Source: Sulfuricurvum sp.
GTDB taxonomy: Bacteria > Campylobacterota > Campylobacteria > Campylobacterales > Sulfurimonadaceae
Assembly: GCA_041661985.1 (NCBI GenBank)
Contig: JBAZTK010000008.1
Span: 12,383-76,382, forward strand
Direction: 5' to 3'
Length of the DNA stretch: 64,000 bases
Part shown: piece by piece, positions 31,936 to 45,054 of the stretch
How positions within the stretch are numbered: position 1 is the stretch's first letter
How the letters are laid out: every line of letters starts with the position of its first letter
The notes under the pieces: model-generated
What the model was told of the DNA's origin: nothing
Databases searched by the model: none
Seen by the model: only the letters and a program-made list of their open reading frames with translations
Position numbers and translations under genes: made by a program

Positions 31936-32793
31936 TTGAACCCCTTATTTGCGTGGATGGTTTTTTCCATGATGATGTGGGGGGCAGGTTGGCCTGTACT
32001 TAAAATTCTATCTGAAAGTGTTTCATGGGAAGTGGCGACTTTCTGGCGATTAGCACTTATGTCTATCGCTTTTATTCCCGTATTGTGGTGGAATAAAAAG
32101 CCTTTGCGTTTAAATAGATCGGCATGGATTTCGGTTAGCGCAAGCGGTTTGTTGTATACATTGTTTATGGTACTTTCCTTTTTAGGGGTCCAAGTTGCCA
32201 CTGCGGGAGCAGGGGGGATGATCATTACGACATTAAGTCCGGTACTCACCGTCGTCATCACCATTATTTTTATCGGTTTTCGCCCCTCAAAGCAGCACAT
32301 TTTTGGATTAGCTCTGGGTTTGATCGGCGGTACTATCATGGTTGAGTTGTGGGATGGAAAAATTTTGACGCATCTGGGTAATCTTATTTTTATGCTTGCA
32401 GCATTGACATGGAGCATTTTAAGTGTACTGGCCTCACGCAGGCACCTTGATCCCATCCAGTATACTTTTGTTTTGGGATTGGTTGCGACAGTCTTTATGT
32501 TCTTTGTGGCGTATGGACATGGGATACTCTGTGTGTTTGATCAGGGAATCCGCTTTTGGAGTGCTTTGTTATTTTTGGCCATTATGACGCAGACCGTGGC
32601 TTCGACGATCTATTTTGTGGCTTCAGGGAAGATGGGAGCTGGAAATGCAAGTTCATTTATGCTTTTAGTGCCTGTATTTGCCCTGCTAAGCAGTTATGTA
32701 CTATTAGGGGAGATTCCTTCGATTTCACTTGTTGTTGGCGGCGCTATGAGCATAGCAGCCGTTTATTGGATCAATCATACCAAAACGGCGTAA
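31936..32793 (+). CDS. DMT/EamA-family transporter
   Basis: About 10 hydrophobic helices in two EamA repeats; LLVPVFALLSSYVLLGE. Confidence 0.88.
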   Translation: MNPLFAWMVFSMMMWGAGWPVLKILSESVSWEVATFWRLALMSIAFIPVLWWNKKPLRLNRSAWISVSASGLLYTLFMVLSFLGVQVATAGAGGMIITTLSPVLTVVITIIFIGFRPSKQHIFGLALGLIGGTIMVELWDGKILTHLGNLIFMLAALTWSILSVLASRRHLDPIQYTFVLGLVATVFMFFVAYGHGILCVFDQGIRFWSALLFLAIMTQTVASTIYFVASGKMGAGNASSFMLLVPVFALLSSYVLLGEIPSISLVVGGAMSIAAVYWINHTKTA

Positions 32794-32805
32794 GAGAAGA
32801 GACGC

Positions 32806-34734
<1,929 letters not shown>

Positions 34735-34735
<1 letters not shown>

Positions 34736-37700
34736 TATTTCTCCTTTTGGTATGTTTTAATAAATGATTCAAATTGCTCAGGCGACAGAGGCTTACTGTA
34801 ATAATATCCTTGTATCTCATCGCACCCTTGTTCTCGAAGGTACTTGAGCTGTGCTATGGTTTCCACCCCTTCGGCAATCGTTATAAGCCCAAGGCTACGC
34901 GCCATTTGGATGACAGCGGCTATGATGGCTTTGTCCTCAGGATCGGTACTGATGTCACGGACAAATGATTGATCGATTTTGAGTTTGTAGACTTTGAATT
35001 TTTTGAGGTAAGCCAGTGAAGAGTATCCGGTGCCAAAATCATCAATTGACATGCGGATACCACGCTCATGCAGATTGTTCATAATGCTAATTGCAGCTTG
35101 TGGATTGTGCATGGCCATACCTTCGGTAAGCTCTAGTTCAAGATATTCCGGAGGCAAGCCAACCTCTTCGAGAATATTTGTGATGAGATCAGGCAGATTC
35201 GGATGGCGAAATTGCACTGTGGATATGTTTATTGCCATAATCATTGGGGGATAACCTTTATCTATCCAATGTTTTGCTTGTAAGATTGCAGTACGCAGCA
35301 CCCATTCTCCAATGGAGAGGATCATTCCGTTCTCTTCGGCAATGGGTATAAATTCACCCGGAGATACCGTACCGAATTCAGGATGTTGCCAGCGTAATAA
35401 CGATTCTGTTCCGATTATTTGTAATCCTGATGCTGAAATTTGCGGCTGATAAACAACGTGCAGTTCATTGCGCTCGAGTGCTGTATGCAATGCATTGGAC
35501 AATTTTAGCTTGCGCTGAGAGTTAATTTGCATCTCCTCAGTGTAGAAACAATAGGTGTTACGCCCCTCTTGTTTCGCTCGATACATCGCAGCATCGGCAT
35601 TTTTAAAGAGTATTTCTATGTCGGATCCATCCGCGGGATAGAGGGCAATTCCGATGGAAGCGGTGACGGAGAGTTCATGAGCTTCCAGCAAAAATGGCTG
35701 TGCTATGGATTCCAGTATTTTTTGGGCCACTTGGGCCGCTGCATCTACGTCCGACATGGGCAGTAATAGGACAAACTCATCCCCGCCCATACGAGAAATG
35801 GTGTCTTCCTCCCGTAATAATCCTGTGAACCGTTTGGCCAGTTCTGCGAGCAAGAGATCTCCGATACTGTGGCCGAGGGTATCGTTAATATCTTTGAAAT
35901 GGTCAAGATCGAGGAACATCAAAGTGAAGTTTTCCTCATTACGCTTTGCCAAACTCAGTGTATAGTGTAAATGATCGTCCATTTGCACTCGGTTAGGCAA
36001 GCCCGTGAGTGAATCAAAGTTGGCGAGATAGTTGATACGTTCTTCATTTATTTTTCGTTCACTGATATCTTCTTCGATGGCAATGTAGTGAGTTGTACGA
36101 CCATCACTATCGATTACCGGAGCTATGTTGGTAGAGTGGATGTACTCTGTACCGTCTTTTCGGCGATTGGTGAGTTCTCCATGCCACGTTTCACCACGTG
36201 TGAGGTGTGCCCACATATCATCGTAAACAGCCCGAGGTGTTATCCCGGATTTAAGGAAACGCGGATTTTGGCCTATTACCTCTGATTGTGTATATCTGGT
36301 GATTTTGAGAAAAGCGGTATTAACGTATTCAATTCTTCCTTGAAAATCGGTAATAATAATAGCGTTAAAACTTTGTTCGATTGCTTGTGAAAGTTTTAAT
36401 AATTCACCTTCTGATTTCTTTCGTTGTATGTCATGATCAAAATTGTTCAATGCAAAGTCGATGTCAGACGCCATTTCTAGGAGAAGTCTTTGAGCGGCTT
36501 CATCAAAAGCATTAATTTCACCGGCATAGAGGGTCAAAACACCGCATGGAACACCACCGCGGTGCAGAGGTACTGAGGCAGAGGCTCCCCATCCAAATTG
36601 CTTACCTTTATCATGCCACAGTGCAGTGGCGGAATCATGGGCAAAATCTTGGCACCAAAATGGTCGATCTTCACGGAAGGTAGTTCCCGTAGGGCCGTGT
36701 GAAGAGGGATGTGAAGCGTCTACTGAAATGTGAAGCTCACGTAGGTAATTGGCATCATCACCGGTATGAGCAGCTATTTTTAGCTCTTTGGTCTTTTCAT
36801 CAACCAGCCCGATCCATGCCATCTTCATTCCACCAAATGCAACGGCATCTTTGCAGATTTGTTCGAAGAGTTCTGTCTCATTTGTACAGCGGACGATAGC
36901 TTGATTGCATTGGCTTAATGCGGCGTATAAATCGCGCATGCGATTAGCATCTTTTTGTGCTTTAGTGCGCTCAACATCGATTTGGGAAAGTTTGTTTTTG
37001 GTTTCGGATAACCACCCTAAAACACTGTTTTCCATCCCTTTGTTTATCTGAATATCAGACGATAAGTCTCCGCTTCCAATTTTGACAATGTGAGAGTGAA
37101 GCAGTTTTAATGAACCTCCCAATGTCGAATGCAATGCACGATAAACTTGCCACAGTGTCCATATCAACACCAAGCCAAAGAAAACAAAAACAATACGCAT
37201 AAGATCAGCCATTTTTATTGCGGCATTAACTATCATTTGTGTCCGTTGATCCATCAGCGAATGAGCATCATTAATGGGTTTCATAATAGCGTATTTAGCT
37301 TGGTGGTATTGGCCATTGTGCAGCATTTCGAATGCTTTATGACGATTCTCATCCGTTGTCGGAGTTGTTGATTCGACAATAGCTATGGCATCGAATTCAA
37401 TTTTTGTGAGCTCGTCTGAATTGCTCTTTGCTTCAGAGAGCAGAGCAAATTCTTGGGGAGTAAATCCCAGTTTCCGCATACTATCTAATAATGCAATAGA
37501 AGTTGAAGTTGCTGGATAGGGGCGTTTGTCATCGGATAATACGAGATCCCAATAAATATCTTCGTAATGAAGCGGGCGCGGTTTTACTCCATTGCGGATA
37601 TCGAGAATCTCTTGGTAATGCTGTTTGTAGAGCGGATCACCGGTAAGGACATACGTACGTACCATACGGGTCAAATCATCGGAGGATTGACGAAGCTCAT

Positions 37701-37860
37701 CCGCTATTTGATGAGATGCATAACGCTTTTCATTGGCCCTGTCGATCGCTTTTTCGGAGCGGACATAGAGCACAAAGGTAAGAGAAAAAATGATAAATAC
37801 GATTACGGATCCCAATAAAGAACGATTAAAGAGAGATAAAGATTTAGCAGATGAGAACAT
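34735..37860 (-). CDS. Membrane sensor-GAF-PAS-GGDEF-EAL protein
   Basis: Two TM segments, GAF, PAS, SRMGGDEF, ESLLRW, DDFGTGYSSL. Confidence 0.92.
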
Positions 37861-37991
37861 TTAAATTCACTTGGTTTTTAAATAATAGATGTAATAACGT
37901 TGTAATTGTACCGTAAGATTGATGATATAACGGTTTGGTATAATCGTTTAAAATGGCTATAATTTCACTAATTATTTATGGGAGTCTGTGT

Positions 37992-38699
37992 ATGGGTAGA
38001 GCGTTTGAATATCGTAAGGCAGCAAAAGAGAAGCGCTGGGGCAATATGTCCAGAATCTTCCCAAAGCTGGGCAAAATGATCACATTAGCGGCAAAAGAAG
38101 GAGGAGCTGATCCGGATATGAATCCGAAGCTTCGCTCTGCGATTTTGAGTGCTAAAACGCAAAACATGCCAAAAGACAACATAGAAGCAGCAATCAAACG
38201 TGCTTCCGGCAAAGATGCCTCAACGATTTTTGAGATGAATATCGAGGGGAAAGCTCCTCATGGTGCCTTGATTTTTGTCGAGTGTGCTACGGATAACAAT
38301 GCCCGTACCGTTTCCAATATTCGCACTTGTTTTGGTCGTGCCAAGGGTGAGACGCTCAACAATGGTGCATTAGAGTTTATGTTCAGCCGAAAAGCAGTAT
38401 TTCGATTTCCAAAGCCTGCGATGGATTTGGATGAACTCGAATTTGCGCTTATCGATGCGGGAATCGAGAGCATCGAAGAAGAAGAAGGTGAAGTGAGCGT
38501 GTACGGCGACTACACCGCATTTGGCGCTTTGTCGGTAGAACTGGAAAAAATGGGAATTACCCCTGACAGTGCCGCGCTAGAGCGTATTGCGAACTCTCCG
38601 GTAGAATTTACCGATGAGCAGATGGTGGATATCGAAAAACTGATCGAAAAGCTAGAAGACGATGAAGATGTTCAATTCGTCTACACCAACATCGCCTAA
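37992..38699 (+). CDS. YebC/PmpR family protein
   Basis: [34 protein letters not shown]; start placed at ATG 37992. Confidence 0.93.
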   Translation: MGRAFEYRKAAKEKRWGNMSRIFPKLGKMITLAAKEGGADPDMNPKLRSAILSAKTQNMPKDNIEAAIKRASGKDASTIFEMNIEGKAPHGALIFVECATDNNARTVSNIRTCFGRAKGETLNNGALEFMFSRKAVFRFPKPAMDLDELEFALIDAGIESIEEEEGEVSVYGDYTAFGALSVELEKMGITPDSAALERIANSPVEFTDEQMVDIEKLIEKLEDDEDVQFVYTNIA

Positions 38700-38714
38700 T
38701 AAATTCTCTACGTA

Positions 38715-39929
38715 TTAATCAGAGAGTCGCCGTGCGGCGACCATCCCTCCCAATAGCATCACTATCGTAAAACCAACCAACACCGAAAAGCCAAATGTTT
38801 CCAAAATAACTGCTCCTGGAATCGCGAAAAACAGCCCGATTGAGGTGATATTGGACTGCAATGCGAGGTAGACAGGGCGTAAATGCTCAGGGGCAATAAT
38901 CAAAATATTATTGGAAAATGCCAGACGCATTCCATCCATACCGGCACCCAGTAAAAAGAAGAGCAGTGCGTAATGCCACAGCTCATTGGCAAACAGTGCA
39001 AGGAGATTGGCAGTGATATAGCCGATGAAAGAGACCGTGATGATAAGGCGGATTCTTCCGTGTGATGAGAGTTTGCCCCACAGAAGGTTGCTGAGCATCC
39101 CGCCGATGACTTGGGATGTGAGAAGATAGCCGATTTGGACACCGCCAAGATGCAAACCGGATTGAGCATGCAAGATGATGAAGGGAAGTGAAAACAGGTG
39201 GCTGTAGGCGAGTAAATAGGTACGGATTTGCCGTCTTAGCTGCCCATCACTGTGTAATAGTGCCAAAGAGTTGAAGAGAAAGGTCCGAAAGTGGGGCTCT
39301 TTTTGTTTGACGTTTTCTTTGATGGGCTCATGGATAAGGGAATAGGGGATAACGCCCAAAAGCATCACAAAGGCACTGAACATAAACAAATAGGCGAAGC
39401 TATACGGTACAGGAGTATATTCCAAGATCACCCCCGCACTCACACCGCTGATAAGCGCACCGACACCTGCGGCAAATTGGCGTTGTGCAAACACACGTCC
39501 CCGATAGCGATGGGAGAAAACTTTGCCCAATATCTCGTTAAAATAGATGGAACCAAAACCCGCTGTAAATGAGAAAATAAAAAGGCCTATTCCGATACAC
39601 CACAACGTGTATACAGGGTTGGTAGCGCCAAAAATATAGATCCCAACACCGATACCAAACCACGAGAGAAAGCGTGCCAAGAAGACAAACCGCAGGTATG
39701 GCATAACACGCGTGTAGCTTTGAGCACTGAAGGCAGCGAATAGCTGAACGATAATGGCTCCACCTTTGAGTAATGAGGAGAGCAGCCCGATAATGAGCGA
39801 CGATGCGCCAAAGAAATGCAGTATCAACGGCAAAATGATAGCGGGTTCGGCAATGGTGGTGGTGATGGAGAGAAAAAATCCATGTGTGACTGCTTTGAGT
39901 CGTGAGGATCGGGAGTCAATTTGGGACAT
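38715..39929 (-). CDS. MFS transporter
   Basis: About 12 hydrophobic segments; 404 aa. Confidence 0.8.
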   Translation of the reverse strand: MSQIDSRSSRLKAVTHGFFLSITTTIAEPAIILPLILHFFGASSLIIGLLSSLLKGGAIIVQLFAAFSAQSYTRVMPYLRFVFLARFLSWFGIGVGIYIFGATNPVYTLWCIGIGLFIFSFTAGFGSIYFNEILGKVFSHRYRGRVFAQRQFAAGVGALISGVSAGVILEYTPVPYSFAYLFMFSAFVMLLGVIPYSLIHEPIKENVKQKEPHFRTFLFNSLALLHSDGQLRRQIRTYLLAYSHLFSLPFIILHAQSGLHLGGVQIGYLLTSQVIGGMLSNLLWGKLSSHGRIRLIITVSFIGYITANLLALFANELWHYALLFFLLGAGMDGMRLAFSNNILIIAPEHLRPVYLALQSNITSIGLFFAIPGAVILETFGFSVLVGFTIVMLLGGMVAARRLSD

Positions 39930-40585
39930 CAGGGAGTGTCATTATCCGATTTGGTATGGTGAATAGTGGCATCCAAAAGGAGTGTTTTGCAAAAATGGTT
40001 TTTCGTTCCCTTTGGAAACTCGGGATCTTTGATCAAGACAGAGATTTTGTTACTTCCGTTTTTACGGATCAGACGTTGCAGTTTGATCTCTCCCATGCCG
40101 TAGGCAAAATCAGCCAAGTACCAGCTGCCAAATATGCTTTTGAGGTCTTTGATGTAGCGAATGGCGGCATCGGTGGAGAGGCAGACATTGGTACGTTCAT
40201 CGTTTCCTTTTTCAATCTTTAATCCGTAGGTGCGACCTGATTGTGCCATAAACTGCCATAGCCCTGCAGTTCCATGCCCGTAAGCGTCGGATTTGAAATT
40301 GGACTCGCAATAGGGGATAAGAGAAAAGAAGAGAGGAACCCCTGCTTCTTTAAACTTTTTTGCGATCTTTTGGTGTTCTTCTTGGGTATTTTTGTATCGA
40401 TTGTAGAGAGCTTTGTATCCTGTTTTATAGTCATCATTGATGTTTAAGAGAGTGTGTATCTCATCCAAGGACTCTGGAGACCCTAATGAAGAAAGCGACG
40501 CATTGATAGAAGACTCGCTAGGTCCTGCATATAAGGAGGTACATCCAAGCACAAAGAGTAAAAGAAGAGTGCGTAAAGTGTTCAT
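39929..40585 (-). CDS. Lytic transglycosylase (SLT domain)
   Basis: Signal peptide; catalytic ES motif (YCESNF), AGLWQFM, STDAAIRYIKDL. Confidence 0.82.
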   Translation of the reverse strand: MNTLRTLLLLFVLGCTSLYAGPSESSINASLSSLGSPESLDEIHTLLNINDDYKTGYKALYNRYKNTQEEHQKIAKKFKEAGVPLFFSLIPYCESNFKSDAYGHGTAGLWQFMAQSGRTYGLKIEKGNDERTNVCLSTDAAIRYIKDLKSIFGSWYLADFAYGMGEIKLQRLIRKNGSNKISVLIKDPEFPKGTKNHFCKTLLLDATIHHTKSDNDTP

Positions 40586-41817
40586 TATGCCTCGATGTAA
40601 TCCAAGTCTTTATGAAACGTTTCATGGGTGTAATACAAAGCAACTAGGGCAAGTGCAAAACAAACAGATCCAACAATCGCTGCGGATGGAAGAAAACCGT
40701 AATGTCCTTTTAATGCCATAAAAGACAAGGTAATGGGAACCACTGATCCTCGGACAAAATTAGGTACGGTAGTCGCAACCGTCGCACGGATATTGGTGCC
40801 GAACTGTTCTGCCGCCATGGTGATAAAAAGAGCCCAGTAGCCGCAGAAGACGCCAAGAGCAAAACATGACCAATAGAAGTCTTGGACACTCGCACCTTTG
40901 AGCGTGTACATCCATGCGACACTGATGAGTGACAAGAGCATGAAAAAAGTAAATGCTTTTTTGCGACTTTTGAGTTTTTGGGAGAGGTATCCGCTGGCAA
41001 AATCACCGACAGAGAGACCGATGTAGCAATACATCAACGCTTGACCTGCAGTTACTTCACCTGTAATCTCTAGGGATTTGGCAAACTCAGGGGAAAACAT
41101 GACCAAGATTCCTACAACAAACCACAGTGGAATCCCGATTGCGATGGCTTTGAGGTATTTTCCCAAAAGAGCGCGATGGGAGAAGAGGGAAAAGAAATCG
41201 CCTCGATGGATATTTTTACTCAAATTTTGCTCAAACATTCCGGACTCACGTACTTTTAGACGAAGTACAAGCAGTGAAAAGCCTAGAAATCCACCCAAAA
41301 TATAGGCATTGCGCCAGTCAAAATTTTGCGCGACAACATTGGCCGCCACAACCCCAAGTACACCGACACCGGCGATGGTCATGACGCCATACCCGCGAAG
41401 GTGTTTGGGGAGGATCTCAGCCACGAGTGTTACCCCCGCACCCAGCTCACCTGCCAAACCGATACCCGCGATAAAACGAAGTGCGGCATATTGTTCCACA
41501 TTGGTGACGAATGCATTGAGAAAATTGGCAACGGAGTAAAGGATAATCGAGGCAAAAAGGACTGAAAGACGTCCTCTCTTATCTCCCAAAATTCCCCACA
41601 AAATTCCTCCGATGAGCATACCTCCCATTTGCATATTTAAAATTGTCGTTCCCCATAGAGTAACTTGCTCAGGGTTGAGACCAAGCTCGGTGAGGCTGGC
41701 AACACGGACAACGCCAAACAAAATAAGATCGTAAATATCAACAAAATAGCCCATTGCGATAACGATGACGGGGAGGGTCAATACTTGGCGGATTATGGAA
41801 AGAGATGAGGTCGGCAT
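40585..41817 (-). CDS. MFS transporter
   Basis: GILGDKRGR (motif A) and RFIAGIGLAGE; start placed at ATG 41817. Confidence 0.88.
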   Translation of the reverse strand: MPTSSLSIIRQVLTLPVIVIAMGYFVDIYDLILFGVVRVASLTELGLNPEQVTLWGTTILNMQMGGMLIGGILWGILGDKRGRLSVLFASIILYSVANFLNAFVTNVEQYAALRFIAGIGLAGELGAGVTLVAEILPKHLRGYGVMTIAGVGVLGVVAANVVAQNFDWRNAYILGGFLGFSLLVLRLKVRESGMFEQNLSKNIHRGDFFSLFSHRALLGKYLKAIAIGIPLWFVVGILVMFSPEFAKSLEITGEVTAGQALMYCYIGLSVGDFASGYLSQKLKSRKKAFTFFMLLSLISVAWMYTLKGASVQDFYWSCFALGVFCGYWALFITMAAEQFGTNIRATVATTVPNFVRGSVVPITLSFMALKGHYGFLPSAAIVGSVCFALALVALYYTHETFHKDLDYIEA

Positions 41818-41913
41818 TAAAACTCCGTGATAAAAATAGTGTTTTATTATATAGGGTTTCAACTTAGGAGAGCTTATAAGTGCTGATATGTCATAGTTAC
41901 GCAACTACAAGGA

Positions 41914-42450
41914 GTGAGAATGGCCGCTGGTTCGACGATTTGCAAAGCACAGCTCAGTATGGCTGACATGGATCGAAATTATTATGAAACGCATGAGATT
42001 ACCATCGCGCAACACCCCTCTGAAACCCAACAGCGTCTTATGATTCGATTGGCGGCATTTGCACTCAATGCTGCGGACAGGCTGACGATTAGCAAGGGAA
42101 TCGGCGGTGATGACGAAGAGCCGGAACTGTGGGAGAAAAACTACGGCGGCGACATCGAACTGTGGATTGATTTGGGGCAAGTGGATGAGAAGCGACTGCG
42201 AAAAGCCTGCGGCAGAGCGGATAAGGTTATCGTCTATACCTATAATTTCAAAAGTGCAGAAGCATGGTGGAAGCAAAACAGTGCAACCTATGCACGGTTT
42301 AAAAATTTGAGTGTTATTCATTTACATGCAGAGGGAATCGAAAAACTGTGTGCACGCTCTATGCGGTTGCAGTGCAATATCAGCGACGGAGAACTAACAT
42401 TTCACAGTGATCTTGGTGACGTCCATATCACGCAAGAAAAATGGCAGTAA
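41914..42450 (+). CDS. YaeQ-family protein
   Basis: AQHPSETQQRLMIRL, EPELW, LWIDLGQVDEKRLRKACGRA. Confidence 0.88.
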   Translation: MRMAAGSTICKAQLSMADMDRNYYETHEITIAQHPSETQQRLMIRLAAFALNAADRLTISKGIGGDDEEPELWEKNYGGDIELWIDLGQVDEKRLRKACGRADKVIVYTYNFKSAEAWWKQNSATYARFKNLSVIHLHAEGIEKLCARSMRLQCNISDGELTFHSDLGDVHITQEKWQ

Positions 42451-42520
42451 ATTAAGTTTGATAATACATTAAGCGCTATTGATTTAGTATAATGAAAGAT
42501 ATACTATTGGGAATAAAATC

Positions 42521-42775
42521 ATGCTACAGGAAATACAAAAAAAGATCATTCATTTTTCTATTGATTTGGATATTGACAGTGTCAATACCTATGCAGGATA
42601 CAAAGGAGATCTAATCGTCAAAATGCTCACAAAGAGTAAAACAGACGTTTTGGAAATTCGGAAATTCTCACTTGGAGCAGGGGCAAAAGAAGTCGTTATC
42701 AAAGAGAGACTGGATACTGCGCAATTTGAAATCTATTGTGTGACGGCTGACGATGGTATGTATACCCTGCGGTAG
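42521..42775 (+). CDS. Hypothetical protein (paralog 1 of tandem pair)
   Basis: 84 aa; TATAAT at 42488-42493; clear similarity to the next ORF. Confidence 0.75.
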   Translation: MLQEIQKKIIHFSIDLDIDSVNTYAGYKGDLIVKMLTKSKTDVLEIRKFSLGAGAKEVVIKERLDTAQFEIYCVTADDGMYTLR

Positions 42776-42851
42776 TTGCGGCTATAAAGGTATCATTTTT
42801 TGCTATAATAGATAATATTGAATTTATTGGTTTATAGGAAAGGATTTTCTG

Positions 42852-43175
42852 ATGCAAGAAGAGCGAAAAAAAATTATTCGGTTTGCGATGGATTATAACA
42901 TCGTGAATGTTCATTCGTATTCAGGATACAAGGGTGATTTGGTAGTACGAATCACTGTAAAAGATAAAGATGCGGTGCTTGCAATACGCAGATTTGCTCT
43001 TGATCTTGGGATAAAGGAAGTCGTCATCAAGGAAAATAAAGATCTTTCGCAATATGAATTGTATTGTATTACTGAAGATGAAGGTGCATATCATATAAAA
43101 AGTAAAGACGTTCTAGATGAAATCCATACTGATCACAAAGTGAAAGATATATGGAATAATCAACAGGAAGAATAG
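42852..43175 (+). CDS. Hypothetical protein (paralog 2 of tandem pair)
   Basis: 107 aa; TATAAT at 42804-42809; shares GYKGDL, KEVVIKE and YC-T-D motifs with the previous ORF. Confidence 0.75.
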   Translation: MQEERKKIIRFAMDYNIVNVHSYSGYKGDLVVRITVKDKDAVLAIRRFALDLGIKEVVIKENKDLSQYELYCITEDEGAYHIKSKDVLDEIHTDHKVKDIWNNQQEE

Positions 43176-44111
43176 TTAAGAAATAGAATGAATTTTTGTT
43201 CCCGTTAAAAACACATAATCTTTGCCCGTGAGGGTTACCCGAAATTTTTTCTGCTGTAAATATTTTTTACAATAATAAACGTCTTTGTACAGCAGCGTCA
43301 TCTCCGAATAGGGATAATTGGGCGCTTTGGCTCCGTAAATCATCTCCCCTCCCATCCATCGACAATTTGGAAATCCCAAGATCAGTGCGCCATCGGGTGT
43401 CAGATACTCTTGAACGAGCTTCATAAATAGCGGTTTGAACTCGATGCCGGGGCTTTGCAATGTCCCGATCGTGATGATGAGGTCAAAACGTCCAAGATCA
43501 AGCGATGACAGGTCGTTGATATCGTGGACGTAAAAGGTTGCGTTACCCTCACTGAACCGTGCTCTCGCATGCTTTATGGCCGAAGAGGAGTGATCGATCC
43601 CGACCAGCTCTATTTTTTCGTAGGTCTCAGAGGGGAGGATTGTACGAATCAAATCAAACTCATCCCCCGTATTGATCCCTAGATTTAATATCCGTTTTTT
43701 TTCTCCCACTTTGACACTGCGCAGCGCTCTGAGATACGGAGAGAGAAAAGCAGGCTCTTCGTTTTTGTGAATAGCGGAAAAACGTGACTCTACACCGTAC
43801 TTTTCCTCTTTGGCGTCACTGTGATGAAACGAGTCGTTAAGATCAAGTTTCTCATAGGTGATTTGTACGGTATGTTCAGAAACACTCTTGGGGGTCAGCA
43901 TACGGCAAAAGAGGATTTCTCCCAAATCACTGAGCGCTTTGTAGCTGCGATACACATAGGTGACATCGTCAATCGTTACCGATTCTCCGGCATAGCTTCC
44001 ACGTCCGATATCGGGGTTGAGGATTTCAAAGGTGAGGGTGTCGGACTCTTTGAGGGATTCGGTTGCCCATGTGAGAATGTTGTTAAGGGGTTGAGTGGTG
44101 AAGGTTTTCAT
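43176..44111 (-). CDS. Class I SAM-dependent methyltransferase-domain protein
   Basis: ILNLGINTGDE, LVGIDHS, FDLIITIGTLQ. Confidence 0.8.
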   Translation of the reverse strand: MKTFTTQPLNNILTWATESLKESDTLTFEILNPDIGRGSYAGESVTIDDVTYVYRSYKALSDLGEILFCRMLTPKSVSEHTVQITYEKLDLNDSFHHSDAKEEKYGVESRFSAIHKNEEPAFLSPYLRALRSVKVGEKKRILNLGINTGDEFDLIRTILPSETYEKIELVGIDHSSSAIKHARARFSEGNATFYVHDINDLSSLDLGRFDLIITIGTLQSPGIEFKPLFMKLVQEYLTPDGALILGFPNCRWMGGEMIYGAKAPNYPYSEMTLLYKDVYYCKKYLQQKKFRVTLTGKDYVFLTGTKIHSIS

Positions 44112-44182
44112 GGTGCGATTTTATCATATATGAGAACGATTTTTGCTTGTTAGATCTATTAAACCAAGAGTAGGAATTTGTC

Positions 44183-44731
44183 ATGAATATAGATTCTGTT
44201 TCGAATATCTCTATGAGTACAGCCTCTGCTGTTACCAAAGATGAGAGTGTTGACCAAGATTATATGACGCTGATTGGACAGTTTTATCAGGCACAACCGT
44301 ATAAAACGAGAGATGAGATCAATGCCGAAGATGGTGAACTTGGGAAATTTAAAAAGGATTTGACAACGAAAGGCGCAGCTGTTTTTCTCAAAGATCTAAA
44401 CGAAGAAAAAATCGAAGCACTGGTCGAAGAGTACCGCCAAAAACTGCTCAAAGAAAAAGAGAAAAATCCCGAGCAGCCGATGGATATTAACCAAATGGTA
44501 AACGATTTCCGTAAACAGCTCCTTAAAGAGCTGATGGAAGCGCAAAAAGCACAGCAGGAGAACAAGCCGACGGAGACTAGTGCATTGATGAGCAACGATA
44601 TTCTCGAAAAGATCAGAACCGTTCGTAATGATGAGCAAAAATCGGGGTTAGCAGAGATCGGATTTTTGGAGCAGATGTTGAGTTCTTCGAACAGTGAAGC
44701 CAAACAGAAAGATACAGATAGATTCTTTTGA
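44183..44731 (+). CDS. Hypothetical protein (charged, helical)
   Basis: 182-aa ORF with AGGA RBS; family not recognised. Confidence 0.7.
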   Translation: MNIDSVSNISMSTASAVTKDESVDQDYMTLIGQFYQAQPYKTRDEINAEDGELGKFKKDLTTKGAAVFLKDLNEEKIEALVEEYRQKLLKEKEKNPEQPMDINQMVNDFRKQLLKELMEAQKAQQENKPTETSALMSNDILEKIRTVRNDEQKSGLAEIGFLEQMLSSSNSEAKQKDTDRFF

Positions 44732-44743
44732 AAGGGTGTTGAT

Positions 44744-44977
44744 TTGCAGGACCCCTTAAAAAAGTGCTATGATGAGAAAAAATTGTTAGTAAGGAATCCT
44801 ATGGATGGGTACAATAGTAACGATAAGAGAATAGTGGATATCTCTTCCGATAAACATGACTGTACTCATACACAGCTCAAATATGAAGTTAAAGAGGCGA
44901 TGGAGCAGATTGAGTGTGGTGAATACATGAGTATTGATGAAGCATTTGATCGAGTGAGTGTAAAATATGTTGATTAA
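44744..44977 (+). pseudogene. Possible degenerate type II antitoxin
   Basis: C-terminus EVKEAMEQIECGEYMSIDEAFDRVSVKYVD resembles RelB/ParD-type antitoxin tails; an overlapping ATG at 44967 runs into the repeat elements. Confidence 0.35.
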
Positions 44978-44983
44978 GTCTTT

Positions 44984-45010
44984 CCCGCTCGCCTTGAGCT
45001 TGTCGAAGGG
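44984..45010. repeat. REP-like element (CCCTTCGACAAGCTCAAGGCGAGCGGG on the minus strand)
   Basis: Resembles the widespread CTTCGACAAGCTCAG-type extragenic repeat, recognised from memory; single copy in this window. Confidence 0.5.
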
Positions 45011-45022
45011 TGGAAATATTTT

Positions 45023-45053
45023 CCTCGTTCCCACTCTCTGAGTGGGAACGAGG
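45023..45053. repeat. Perfect 14-bp inverted repeat, REP-like
   Basis: CCTCGTTCCCACTC-TCT-GAGTGGGAACGAGG. Confidence 0.75.
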
Positions 45054-45054
45054 G

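Noticed and set aside
44129-44150. AGAACGATTTTTGCTT as a sigma54 promoter for the 44183 ORF
   Set aside because: The invariant -24 GG is AG.
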